Virus record (IMG/VR): IMGVR_UViG_3300011339_000561
Location: 1 to 37,551 of that record
Strand: one strand, 5' to 3'
DNA from: a virus
Taxonomy: Duplodnaviria > Caudoviricetes
Length of the DNA stretch: 37,551 nt
Each line of letters starts with the position of its first letter. The stretch's first letter is position 1. Shown here piece by piece: positions 1 to 8,833 of this stretch. Both the position numbers and the translations under genes were made by a program. Under the pieces are notes generated by a model, which saw nothing but the letters and a program-made list of their open reading frames with translations, had not been told where the DNA came from and ran no database searches.

Positions 1-127
1 AAGTAGAAGGAGTTGTGCCAGGTGTACCAACGGAGTTACCGATGTACTTGTACGCATTGGCCACGTCAGCGTCAACAGAAGACGCCAATTGGCTGATACG
101 AGGCTTCAAAACACGCTCTGCGAAGTC
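1..127. repeat. 127-bp terminal direct repeat (identical to 37425-37551); circular-assembly overlap
   Basis: aagtagaagg...ctgcgaagtc occurs at both ends. The coat ORF reads in frame across the junction. Confidence 0.97.
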
Positions 128-421
128 GTCCAATTGCATGGTCAATTCAGCAGATGTGAAGTTGACACCGATGTGCTTTTGGCTGGCAACGGTCAAAGTG
201 GTGAACTGTTCGTTGTCGTCTTGCACTTGCAGGGCAGCACCGTCAGTTACCAAAGCGCGATCGGGTAAGCGAATACGCAGTGTAGAACCAATCTTAGCAC
301 CTTCAACAGCGAAGCTGTCGTCGTACTGGCGGTTCACGTTACGGGTGATCACAAGGTTGTTCTCGAGGATTTCGAGCGCTTTGCGTGTGATCATGTCAAT
401 GGTCAGAATACTATTAGACAT
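1..421 (-). CDS. Major capsid protein, P22 coat-like, 5' part (continues across the junction to 36646; 399 aa in total)
   Basis: ATG at 421 preceded by AAAGGA. Translation MSNSILTIDMITRKALEILENNLVITRNVNRQYDDSFAVEGAKIGSTLRIRLP is a P22 gp5-type N-terminus. Directly follows the scaffold. Confidence 0.92.
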   Translation of the reverse strand, partial: MSNSILTIDMITRKALEILENNLVITRNVNRQYDDSFAVEGAKIGSTLRIRLPDRALVTDGAALQVQDDNEQFTTLTVASQKHIGVNFTSAELTMQLDDFAERVLKPRISQLASSVDADVANAYKYIGNSVGTPGTTPST

Positions 422-448
422 TTCAGTCCTTTCAAAAAAGTCAAAGTT

Positions 449-1237
449 TTAGCGGTTCTGCGCTTGCAGCTTCTTAATCTGTCTTGCACGTTCAGCTTCA
501 ATCCACTGAGAGGCCGTCATGCTCTTGATAGAGCGAGGATCCGTTGTGTCCAAAACTGTTGCCCCTGCGGAGCGTGCAGTAACAGGAGAAATCGGCGCTG
601 GCGCAGATGTTGTTTTTTTGACTGGGGGTGATGCGGCCAATTTAGCCTCAATTTTCCCAATCTCTTTCGCCTGACCGAGTGGCGTCATACGCGAGATACG
701 ATCTGCTTCTTTAGGGTTTGAGCCAAGGTAGTACGCTAACTCAGGCCCAATGTCCGAAGACTGGATCGTTTCAGCCATCACGTTTGTGATCGGCAGTTTG
801 GGGTTGTAGGCGACTTGTTCAAAGTCATCATACTTGTCCCGTGCTTGCTCTTCACGCTCTTGATAGCTTTCGAGAACGGCTGATTGCTGCTTGGCTGCTT
901 CACGTTTGGCCAATAGTTCTTCAGCTTTCTGATACGCCAATGCTTCCGCATAAGCTTCAGGGCTTTCAAACTGGTCAACGGACGCAGTTGGTGCGGCTTT
1001 CACGATTTGCGTTTCCGCAGACCGATTTGCTTGCTCTCTTTCCCACTTACGTTGCTCTCTTGCGAGGCGTTTGCCGATCATCGCATCAATTTCAGCCTGG
1101 GAGTATTTTTTCTCCTCGACCTGATCAACTTGGTTCTCAGCGACTTCCGGCGTACTTTCAGCAACTTCAGGTGTGGCCGTCACATCCGTGGTTGGCGCGG
1201 AGTCTACTTCCGCTAGGGCTTGGACTTCTTCAGTCAT
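449..1237 (-). CDS. Scaffolding protein
   Basis: Acidic, helical 262-aa protein immediately upstream of the coat gene. Contains GPELAYYLGSNP and APAPISPV segments typical of P22-like scaffolds. Confidence 0.85.
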   Translation of the reverse strand: MTEEVQALAEVDSAPTTDVTATPEVAESTPEVAENQVDQVEEKKYSQAEIDAMIGKRLAREQRKWEREQANRSAETQIVKAAPTASVDQFESPEAYAEALAYQKAEELLAKREAAKQQSAVLESYQEREEQARDKYDDFEQVAYNPKLPITNVMAETIQSSDIGPELAYYLGSNPKEADRISRMTPLGQAKEIGKIEAKLAASPPVKKTTSAPAPISPVTARSAGATVLDTTDPRSIKSMTASQWIEAERARQIKKLQAQNR

Positions 1238-1310
1238 TCTTGAATCCTAAGATTCCTCGGTGAACCTCGCCGATACGGTTTTGTCAGCATTATGCTGGAA
1301 TTTATTTCAG

Positions 1311-1580
1311 TTAGCAATTAGTCGCGCCAGCAAATTGTGGCAACGATTTCATGTGATCATACGCTTGAGCGATAAAGTTTTTTGCGCCGTCTTCAACTGA
1401 AGGTGTAAAAGCAAAAGTTTCTTCACGATAAACGCGGTTTTTCTCTGCGTTCATTACGTCGACTTTTGCGTGCAACTGGGATTTGTCGCCCATCACACGG
1501 GTGACTTTGCAATAGCAGTTTACCAAGTTTGAGATTTGGCCAAAATTGTTTTCGGCGCTGATGCTGATTTGAATTGCCAT
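1311..1580 (-). CDS. Small tail-fibre/tailspike-associated protein (possible assembly chaperone)
   Basis: 89 aa, AAAGGAA RBS. C-terminus NFIAQAYDHMKSLPQFAGATNC resembles proteins found downstream of tail fibres. Confidence 0.6.
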   Translation of the reverse strand: MAIQISISAENNFGQISNLVNCYCKVTRVMGDKSQLHAKVDVMNAEKNRVYREETFAFTPSVEDGAKNFIAQAYDHMKSLPQFAGATNC

Positions 1581-1591
1581 GATCTTTCCTT

Positions 1592-2146
1592 TTACAAAAT
1601 TGTGATTTGGGAATTGCCCATACCGCCGCCAATGACTTGAATTCCCACCCGCGCTGTTTCACTCACGCCAGCGGAAGTTGTGGTTCTAACAGTTAACAAA
1701 GCGCCAGCCAGAACAAATGAGAGGCTCATATTTGCGCCGGTAATGTTGGTGACGTTTTGCTCAACCAACGCGCCCGAGCCATTTTCATTGATCAAACTTT
1801 CACGCATAGCACATCTTGCACCGCCAGAACTTGATGAGTAATTTGCAACAACTTTAACAGTTGCAGCTTTTCCATTAAATGCCTGAAAGTCAATTGTGTA
1901 CCAATCTGTTGATGAAGCGGCTGAAACTGTTTTTACGCCAGTATTTCCCCAACTTGCATATTTGGCAACATAGCCGCCAACAACAGACGATCCGCCTGAC
2001 AAGTCAAGCATGGGCTTTGCGCTTGCTTGGTTTGTAAATGGTGAAACCACGCCAGCACCACGACCCATCGCCACGGCGCTAATACGAATTGTGAACGGTG
2101 AAGCAGACGTAAAACGGCACAAACCGCCAGTCATACCAGTTGCCAT
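1592..2146 (-). CDS. C-terminal portion of tailspike (same frame as 2198..3700, after an in-frame TAA)
   Basis: Ser/Thr/Gly beta-rich sequence. 17 open codons separate the upstream TAA from this ATG, and there is no clear SD. Confidence 0.6.
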   Translation of the reverse strand: MATGMTGGLCRFTSASPFTIRISAVAMGRGAGVVSPFTNQASAKPMLDLSGGSSVVGGYVAKYASWGNTGVKTVSAASSTDWYTIDFQAFNGKAATVKVVANYSSSSGGARCAMRESLINENGSGALVEQNVTNITGANMSLSFVLAGALLTVRTTTSAGVSETARVGIQVIGGGMGNSQITIL

Positions 2147-2197
2147 GACCCAACCGTTGCTTAACCGGAATAAATTGGCTGAACCATAGAGTATTGA

Positions 2198-3700
2198 TTA
2201 ATCACCTGGTGCGTTAACTTCGATAGCAGCATCGCCGGAAGTAACTTTATAGATGATTGCATACGACATTGGTGTGTAGTTGTTTGCGTTATCAACAACA
2301 GAATTGGTGATACCGCAAACAGCAAAAGCAACACTGCTCGAAAATTGAACAGCTTTACCAAGTCCTGTTGGTTCTGTGCTATCAGAGACAACTGTTGGGA
2401 TCATGCTGACTTGATACATACAAGCGGGGTATCCGCTTTCATTTAAAACTGACCAATCACCGCCCAATAAAACATTGCCGTTTGGGGTAAGTTGAGGGGC
2501 AACACGGGATTCTCCCGCAAGTGGTGCTGGCTCTCCCGAATAGGGGATATTGAAGCCAATTTGACCACCACCCATTGTGTTGCCGCTCTCACCAGAAAAG
2601 TGAGTATTTTCAATTTGCCATGAATCACCATATACGCCTCGAACAGGTGATTCGTTATAAAGACCAATAATTCGGTTAATGCCGCCCGATGTGACACCAT
2701 TTCCAAGACTGTCACCAATGACCATGCCATACACATTGCTATCGGGGGCTGTAATTCCTTGACCCGTATCTGTAAACAGTTCACACGCCAAAATTTGGTT
2801 CATGTGGAAACTTTGATATGGATATGAACCCGCAGTCCATCCTACATAACCAGTATTTTTTACCCAAAAGTTTGTAAAACGGCACTCGTTAAATTGGTTT
2901 AAGTTAACTGGCCCATAGCGCTGGTCGCAAATCACTTTGCCCAAATCGCTGCTGGCAAAGGTGTTGTAATAAAACCCGAAAAAGTTTCCAGTAGGCGGCA
3001 CATCGCCGCCAAGCCAAGTCGTGCCGCTAACTGTCAAACCAGTATAAGCACAATACCAAGACGAAATTCGGCAATCGCCTGTAATGTGAACACTGTTGGC
3101 TTCTAATTGTTTACCCCAAAAAGTATTACCAAAACTTGTTGAACCAACAATGGTAATGTTTTGAAGAATAGTGCAATTTTTAATGCAAAACCATGCTTTG
3201 TTTAAGCCATAACCGACACCAGCGGTTGCGTAAGGGTCAATAATTGTGTCAGGGACAACTTTGTATGATTTTGATAAACCGTCAATTGTGCGCCCCGCAG
3301 CAGCAGTAAACATAGCGTTCATGGCCACGGTGTCATTGGTTGTACCATCACCAACTGCACCAAACATTATCGGTGTCAAAATTGGCGAAGTCAGGTCACC
3401 AATAGATGTGATTGACGGGATGTTGTCGTAGGTGTTCAACAAAGTACCAGTTGAGGTTTTAACCACGTACTTGTAAAGTTGATCTGGCGTTACCCAAATT
3501 TCACCGCTTGGCACTCGGCCAGCCGAATCTAAGACGATTGGGTTAGGGTGTGCAGTAGCGCCAGAATTTGAGGTGTATGTTGTGGCGGGCGTAGTTGTTC
3601 CGGCTAAATACGAATAGATCAGACCGCCAGACAAAGGGATTCCGCTATTGTCAAAAAGTTGTTGGCCAACGCCAGCAAAGCAGGAAAGATTGACTGTCAT
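2198..3700 (-). CDS. Tailspike / receptor-binding protein (virion-anchor domain plus beta-helix), apparently truncated by TAA at 2198-2200
   Basis: N-terminal QQLFDNSGIPLSGGLIYSYLAGTTTPATTY...NPIVLDSAGRVP anchor domain, then FGAVGDGTTNDTVAM (pectate-lyase-3-like beta-helix start). Confidence 0.85.
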   Translation of the reverse strand: MTVNLSCFAGVGQQLFDNSGIPLSGGLIYSYLAGTTTPATTYTSNSGATAHPNPIVLDSAGRVPSGEIWVTPDQLYKYVVKTSTGTLLNTYDNIPSITSIGDLTSPILTPIMFGAVGDGTTNDTVAMNAMFTAAAGRTIDGLSKSYKVVPDTIIDPYATAGVGYGLNKAWFCIKNCTILQNITIVGSTSFGNTFWGKQLEANSVHITGDCRISSWYCAYTGLTVSGTTWLGGDVPPTGNFFGFYYNTFASSDLGKVICDQRYGPVNLNQFNECRFTNFWVKNTGYVGWTAGSYPYQSFHMNQILACELFTDTGQGITAPDSNVYGMVIGDSLGNGVTSGGINRIIGLYNESPVRGVYGDSWQIENTHFSGESGNTMGGGQIGFNIPYSGEPAPLAGESRVAPQLTPNGNVLLGGDWSVLNESGYPACMYQVSMIPTVVSDSTEPTGLGKAVQFSSSVAFAVCGITNSVVDNANNYTPMSYAIIYKVTSGDAAIEVNAPGD

Positions 3701-4146
3701 ATTTCAACTCCAAGTGTCTTTGTTGACCGCTTAATTATCGCGGCAATTTCTTCAGCATGATAGGTGGGGAAAACGGATTGAAACGAATCAGAGATCCGAA
3801 CATCCCACTTGTCAGGCGGTACAAACATTTTATCCGTATCTTCAAATCGGCTGGTTTTTATTTTATCCACCCAAATCACAAAGTCAGCGTTAAACGCTTT
3901 TCGTGTCTCAGGCGTAGGGCATATAAAGTCAGCAATTGAAAATGCACCCCATCGGGACGCTATGTCGCACAAGTGCCCCATGCGCCTGGCTTGCTCGACT
4001 CGATCTTCAACGCTAAAACCCAAATCTTTGTTGATGTTTTTGCGAATATCATCGGCATTGAAATGCACAGCCTGAAGCAACCTAGCCAACGCTTCAGCTA
4101 ATGTTGTCTTTCCAGCGCCAGGCAAGCCCATCACCAAGATTTTCAT
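3697..4146 (-). CDS. cysC: Adenylylsulfate (APS) kinase-like protein
   Basis: P-loop GLPGAGKTT, then NADDIRKNINKDLGFSVEDRVEQARR, DFICP and FVPP, which are CysC-family motifs. Confidence 0.85.
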   Translation of the reverse strand: MKILVMGLPGAGKTTLAEALARLLQAVHFNADDIRKNINKDLGFSVEDRVEQARRMGHLCDIASRWGAFSIADFICPTPETRKAFNADFVIWVDKIKTSRFEDTDKMFVPPDKWDVRISDSFQSVFPTYHAEEIAAIIKRSTKTLGVEI

Positions 4147-4703
4147 TTTTTCAGGCTTTCCAAATTGGCAAGCAACGCAAAATCATCAGCGTAATATGAG
4201 TCAATTCTTGCCTTTACATCAGGCGTTGATTGAATGTAAGCCAAGGCTTGATCGTCCAATTCTTTTGGAGAATCATTAATTACGAACTGAAAATCAAAGT
4301 TTTCAATTGTTTTAGCGTTGTATTTTTTAGCCAGTTGTCTTAATTTTTCGTTTAGCTGATTGTCAATAACAATGACTTCATCAAACTTTTGCTCACCTAT
4401 GTATGAACTTTGTGTTCGCAAATGAAATTCCATTTCCGGCAAACCTAATACAGCAACACAATCGTTGATGTGTTTTTGCACGTCAACATTCATGCCTTCA
4501 TAAGTTGTGCGTTTTGGCAAACCCGTTGGCGGGTATGAACCAAACAAAGAAATCTCATCAACAATAGTTTTGACATTTGACCAAAACCGAATGTAGGGGT
4601 TGCGCAAAAAACACACCGAAACATCTTGTTCACACGCCAATGTTTGAGACAAAAAGGACGCATACCGTGATGCGTTTTTAGGGATCTCAAGGATGCGTAT
4701 CAC
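4143..4703 (-). CDS. Sulfotransferase family protein (Sulfotransfer_2-like), probable GTG start at 4703
   Basis: EIPKNAS (5'-PSB loop), FLRNPYIRFWS (3'-PB motif), HLRTQ and C-terminal YYADDFAL. The GTG overlaps the upstream TGA (GTGA). Confidence 0.8.
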   Translation of the reverse strand: MIRILEIPKNASRYASFLSQTLACEQDVSVCFLRNPYIRFWSNVKTIVDEISLFGSYPPTGLPKRTTYEGMNVDVQKHINDCVAVLGLPEMEFHLRTQSSYIGEQKFDEVIVIDNQLNEKLRQLAKKYNAKTIENFDFQFVINDSPKELDDQALAYIQSTPDVKARIDSYYADDFALLANLESLKK

Positions 4704-5545
4704 GAGAATGTTACCCCGCTTGAATACCCACGAAAAACAACAATTGCAGTACAAGAATTGTTTGCTTTAGCTGTGATCGTAATATTTCCGTATGACCCCG
4801 CAGATTTAGTCGCAGTAAATGTTGGCGCAGTTGTAATGGAAAACCCATTCATGGATGAATTGCTGGCGATTAAAGTGCTTGACCCACCGCCATACCAACT
4901 ACCAACACCAAGCGAAGTCTGTGCTGCGTATGAATACATGTAGAAAGCTATGCCATCAGGATAGCCTCCAGATTGAATAATGATTTCAAATACGCCCGCA
5001 ATAGTACCAAGGTAAGAACCTTGCGTGATAGTCATAATTGTCGTGGTGGTGTTTGCCGCCAACGAAGTCTGTTTTGACGTAAATTGTTGGTAATTTACAA
5101 GTGTGGTATCGCCCGTTGAAGTCAGTGTTGTAAATTTACCAGTAGTCGCTGTTGTTGCGCCAACTGTCACGCCGTTTAAAGCGCTGACCGTACCGCCCAA
5201 CGACACAGCAGTTGAGCCAAATGTGATGGACGAATTTGTAAGCGTTGAATTGCCAATCTTGCCCCATGACGGCGCAACACCAACACCGCCTGAGATTAGG
5301 GCGTTACCTGTGGCCACATCGGGAAGTTTTGCAAGCGTGGTGGTTGTATCTGCGTAGAGCAAATCACCCACCGCGTAGGACGTTTGTCCAGTGCCGCCTT
5401 TTGCTGCCGTGATTGTTGACAGACCTGGCGTTAAATTGGCAATTGATAGCTGTTTAGTTGCACTACTCTGTACTATAGGCAAAACCTCAGTCCCCGCAAC
5501 CGGCGTGGTCGCGGAGGTCAGCGCCGAGATTTTGGAGTTTGCCAC
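4700..5545 (-). CDS. Tail fibre-like protein
   Basis: ANSKISALTSATTPVAGTEVLPIVQ N-terminus, KGGTGQTSYAVGDLLYA fibre repeat, Thr/Ser/Gly-rich. Confidence 0.75.
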   Translation of the reverse strand: MANSKISALTSATTPVAGTEVLPIVQSSATKQLSIANLTPGLSTITAAKGGTGQTSYAVGDLLYADTTTTLAKLPDVATGNALISGGVGVAPSWGKIGNSTLTNSSITFGSTAVSLGGTVSALNGVTVGATTATTGKFTTLTSTGDTTLVNYQQFTSKQTSLAANTTTTIMTITQGSYLGTIAGVFEIIIQSGGYPDGIAFYMYSYAAQTSLGVGSWYGGGSSTLIASNSSMNGFSITTAPTFTATKSAGSYGNITITAKANNSCTAIVVFRGYSSGVTFS

Positions 5546-5548
5546 GAC

Positions 5549-5815
5549 TTATTCGTAAACGACTGTGTACTCAATCGTGTTGGCAATGTCGATGTACAAG
5601 CCGTTGCTAAACCAAATGCCAGCAGGGAAACTTAAATACTGAGTGCCAGCCGCCACGGTCACAGTGTTTGCAATCTTAGGATCGCTAGTGCTAGCCGTCG
5701 CGCTGTCATACAAAGCAAAAGTGCCCGCGACAGTAGTAGATATAAAAATACCATACAGTTTGCCTGCGCCGACTTTTATCTGAGCGTCTGCATTACCTTG
5801 TTTATAGAGTGCCAT
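5549..5815 (-). CDS. Hypothetical virion-associated beta protein
   Basis: 88-aa ORF with AAGGA RBS, in the structural operon. Confidence 0.6.
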   Translation of the reverse strand: MALYKQGNADAQIKVGAGKLYGIFISTTVAGTFALYDSATASTSDPKIANTVTVAAGTQYLSFPAGIWFSNGLYIDIANTIEYTVVYE

Positions 5816-5824
5816 GATGTGTCC

Positions 5825-6187
5825 TTATGCCAAGAATTTGAGCTTGTACAGGGTTGTAAGATACAACTCAACGATATTATCTATCAGTTGTTGCAACGAT
5901 GAGTCAGATTTATCGCACACATCGTAACGAGCGCCTTCAATTTCGGCAAGTGAATCCTGCAGGAATTCAATGATATTAGCCGTCTTTTTAGCCGAATGCA
6001 GGGTGATGGGGCCGATCAAGCCGTGACGGCCTTGATAGGCTTCAGCAAACGCATCGGCGTGGTCAATGATGCCGTCATAGAAGGTGTTGAGCGCCATATG
6101 CTTGCTGAAACTGCGGGTGTTCAGGTGAACACTATGTGCAACATCGCGGGCTAGGAACAAGATTCCGATAAATTCATTCGCTTTCAT
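5825..6187 (-). CDS. Dps/ferritin-like four-helix protein (DUF5856-like)
   Basis: AHSVHLNTRSFSKHMALNTFYD...DAFAEAYQG...YKLKFL pattern. ATGA overlap with the portal stop. Confidence 0.7.
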   Translation of the reverse strand: MKANEFIGILFLARDVAHSVHLNTRSFSKHMALNTFYDGIIDHADAFAEAYQGRHGLIGPITLHSAKKTANIIEFLQDSLAEIEGARYDVCDKSDSSLQQLIDNIVELYLTTLYKLKFLA

Positions 6188-8385
6188 TGTGGCATTCCTT
6201 GCTCAGGTGGCATCATTTGTTGTTGAGGCGCATATTCAGACCCCTCATTCATCATTTCCATCGGCTCACGGCCTGGCATCTCAGCAATCAGGTCGCCAGA
6301 GGTAATCATGCCATGCACCGTGCCAAGCACGATGTCTTGGATCTGCTCGGGCGACATAGACGCCTGCACAGCGGCCAAACGCTTAGTTTCAGCGTCATAA
6401 GCCTTAACTTGCGCCTCAAAGTCCTTGCGCTCCATGTCCTGCATCTCAATTGATTTGCCGACATTTTGGATCATCGCGTGCATCTGCTCCATTTCAGCGC
6501 CCATGGCCTGAATCTGTTGCTGCGCCGCCTGCAAGGCTGGATCATTTTCGCCGTCTGCTAAGAACTTAGGATCAATGGTTTTCTGGAACCGCTTGGCCAT
6601 TTCTTGAGCGCCAGGCCAGTCCATGTTCTTGACGAACAAGTCGCCAGCCACAGACCACAGTTGGGGGTTGCCCTGAAGCAGTTGAGCCATGGCTTCCAAA
6701 GCTTCTTGGCGCTTGGTTGCGTACCCTGGGCCAGTCGTGGCCACCACGTCGTACTTGCCCACGCCTGGGTTGTAGATCTTTTCGATCACGATGCCCTGCT
6801 CGTTGACAATCTTGTTGACGGGTTGGGGCTGGTCAGGGTTGATCTTGACCATCTTCGTCTCGCCGTCTTCACCAATGATGCGAGCAATACGCTGAGTGTC
6901 GTAAATCTTGGGGATCAAGTCCACCAACTGACGGGCCACATGGCGCACGGCGCGGGTCAGGTTGTCACCATAGTGGTAAGTACCTACATCACCCTCACGC
7001 TGGCGAGCCAAAATGGCTTTGCCAGAGCGTTCGTTAGAACCCATGCCGAGTGATGCGTTGTATTGACCCGTTGTGGACTTAATGTCCTCAGATGCGCCTG
7101 ATTTGGCTTGCAATAGGCCCGTAGAAGCCATTGGAGGCTGCGCACGCTGGGGCAGTGGCAAGACTGCGCCTTGGCCGTCTGTAACGTCGGGATTGACCTC
7201 CAGATAGGGCCAGTTGTTCGTGTTGGCTGTCTTCCACTTGTCCTCATAGCCCTCAAACTGGCCACCATAGCCAATGAACGGGGCTTTGGGAGCCAGAGCC
7301 AGCATCTCAGCTTCCTGAGACACCCAATAGTTGTACATGCGCTGGGCATCCTTGGCGTTACGCACCAAGCCAGACACATACAAACGGCCATCAACCTCGA
7401 ATTCGTTGCCAACAACACGGATCACGGGGATCCATTTGCCAGCCCATTCTTTTTCTTCGAGGATTTCATACCCGTTGATCTTGCAATACTTGACCCGTGG
7501 GCGCTCGGAGATCCGTTTGTTGATCGGTTTGCCGAACATGCCCTTGAGCATCTTGTCCTCGGGCGTGCCTTCAAAGGCCGTTTGGTTGCCTGGGTACAAG
7601 TGCAGCGTGGTTTTGTCGTAGTCGATGTAGTAGTAGCCAGCAATACGCACTGTGTCTTCGTTGAGCCAGTTGCTGATCGACTGATCGCCTACGCCAAGGG
7701 ATTGCAAAGTAGAAATAGGCGCAGCATCGGGGTACTGGCGCTCATATTCTGCTTTTGTCAGGTCTTCGGTGATGAAACACCACTTAGCATCCGCGCCCGT
7801 GGGGTCTTGGATCAGCGGATCCATGTAGACCGAGAAGGAATTGCGAACACGGCCAATCTTGATGTCTTGATCGAAGGTGTTTTCGTCGCAGTACTCGGTC
7901 ATCAGGGTGATGTAACCCTCGCCGTAGGACACTTGGTTCTCGCAGGCGGTGTCGTAAGCCACGTCAGCGTCAGAGATGTACTCAATGTGACGGATCATGC
8001 CGTTGAAAATCTCTGCGACTTCCACGTCGGCGTTGTCATCGACTGGGATGACTTTCGCGCCTGGGCGATTCTGACGCATGTCATTCGTCACTTGACGAAC
8101 GTGCTGCGGCAGTTTGTTGATTGTCAGCGTTGGGCGGGCGTTGATCGTCTGACCCTGCACCGCGCCACGGGTGGCCAGCACGTCAGCAGGCCACTGCCAG
8201 TGGTTGTCAGGGGAACCAGCATAAAAACGCAAGTCGTCGATCTCATCCTCACGGCTTTCAGCCAGTGCAGAGACAGCCATGTCCAGTCGGCTACGTGCGA
8301 CTGTCAATATGTCTGATTCACTCTTCGCAGGCTTACCGCCAGCAGCCACATTAGCGGCTGCGACTATTCCGGTTGGATCATTCAT
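6184..8385 (-). CDS. Portal protein (P22 gp1-like)
   Basis: 733 aa. RPTLTINKLPQHVRQVTND, GLVRNAKDAQRMYNY, SGKAILARQREG and YDVVATTGPGYATKRQEA motifs. Confidence 0.93.
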   Translation of the reverse strand: MNDPTGIVAAANVAAGGKPAKSESDILTVARSRLDMAVSALAESREDEIDDLRFYAGSPDNHWQWPADVLATRGAVQGQTINARPTLTINKLPQHVRQVTNDMRQNRPGAKVIPVDDNADVEVAEIFNGMIRHIEYISDADVAYDTACENQVSYGEGYITLMTEYCDENTFDQDIKIGRVRNSFSVYMDPLIQDPTGADAKWCFITEDLTKAEYERQYPDAAPISTLQSLGVGDQSISNWLNEDTVRIAGYYYIDYDKTTLHLYPGNQTAFEGTPEDKMLKGMFGKPINKRISERPRVKYCKINGYEILEEKEWAGKWIPVIRVVGNEFEVDGRLYVSGLVRNAKDAQRMYNYWVSQEAEMLALAPKAPFIGYGGQFEGYEDKWKTANTNNWPYLEVNPDVTDGQGAVLPLPQRAQPPMASTGLLQAKSGASEDIKSTTGQYNASLGMGSNERSGKAILARQREGDVGTYHYGDNLTRAVRHVARQLVDLIPKIYDTQRIARIIGEDGETKMVKINPDQPQPVNKIVNEQGIVIEKIYNPGVGKYDVVATTGPGYATKRQEALEAMAQLLQGNPQLWSVAGDLFVKNMDWPGAQEMAKRFQKTIDPKFLADGENDPALQAAQQQIQAMGAEMEQMHAMIQNVGKSIEMQDMERKDFEAQVKAYDAETKRLAAVQASMSPEQIQDIVLGTVHGMITSGDLIAEMPGREPMEMMNEGSEYAPQQQMMPPEQGMPQ

Positions 8386-8612
8386 TCCAAAACCCCTAAA
8401 ATATGAGGCTCACGCATGACGATATACGACTTATCGTACTTAAACTCTTGCCCTACGCCAAAGTATACATGATCACCGACCTTAACGTCTAGGCACAAAG
8501 GGCCGGTGGCCACAACTTTGCCTGTCTCACTGTCGGAATTCTGGGGCAACACGAAAAGCGGGTGCTTTTCCATGTCACGCTCAATGATGACGCAGTCTTG
8601 GAGTGCTTTCAT
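8382..8612 (-). CDS. groES: GroES-like co-chaperonin
   Basis: KALQDCVIIER...GKVVATGP...DVKVGDHVYF...YIVMREPHILGVLE matches the Cpn10 pattern. Confidence 0.8.
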   Translation of the reverse strand: MKALQDCVIIERDMEKHPLFVLPQNSDSETGKVVATGPLCLDVKVGDHVYFGVGQEFKYDKSYIVMREPHILGVLE

Positions 8613-8833
8613 ACTTTATTCTCATCCAATCGATGATCACCGCACCAGTCATTTACAAACACAACGGGGTAGCCGTTCATTGTTGGGGCATGGCGGCGGC
8701 AACGGCCTAAATGGTAAACGGGATCAAGTTCACCAATAGTTCCAGGCTTTGTTACTTGTTTTGGTACAAACCAAATACAAGTTTTGCAGCGCATTCCTTC
8801 GGAACGATGAATCCATGGGTCTTGTGTGTTCAT
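8609..8833 (-). CDS. Cys-rich hypothetical protein
   Basis: CKTCIWF...GRCRRHAP...DWCGDH, probably metal-binding. Coupled start/stop overlaps on both sides. Confidence 0.65.
   Translation of the reverse strand: MNTQDPWIHRSEGMRCKTCIWFVPKQVTKPGTIGELDPVYHLGRCRRHAPTMNGYPVVFVNDWCGDHRLDENKV

Noticed and set aside
1-127. Terminal repeat as a biological DTR
   Set aside because: It is 127 bp (a common assembler k-mer), lies mid-capsid gene, and the frame is continuous when one copy is removed. This indicates a circularisation overlap.
2198-2200. Genome-wide stop-codon reassignment
   Set aside because: TAA ends many intact genes here (scaffold, TerL, coat) and no suppressor tRNA was seen, so the interruption is local.
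1592-5545. Diversity-generating retroelement acting on tail genes
   Set aside because: No reverse transcriptase and no template/variable repeat pair were seen.
7171-8316. 381-aa plus-strand ORF and other long antisense ORFs (e.g. 27454-28179, 16020-16664)
   Set aside because: They are shadows of well-supported genes on the opposite strand and show no motifs.
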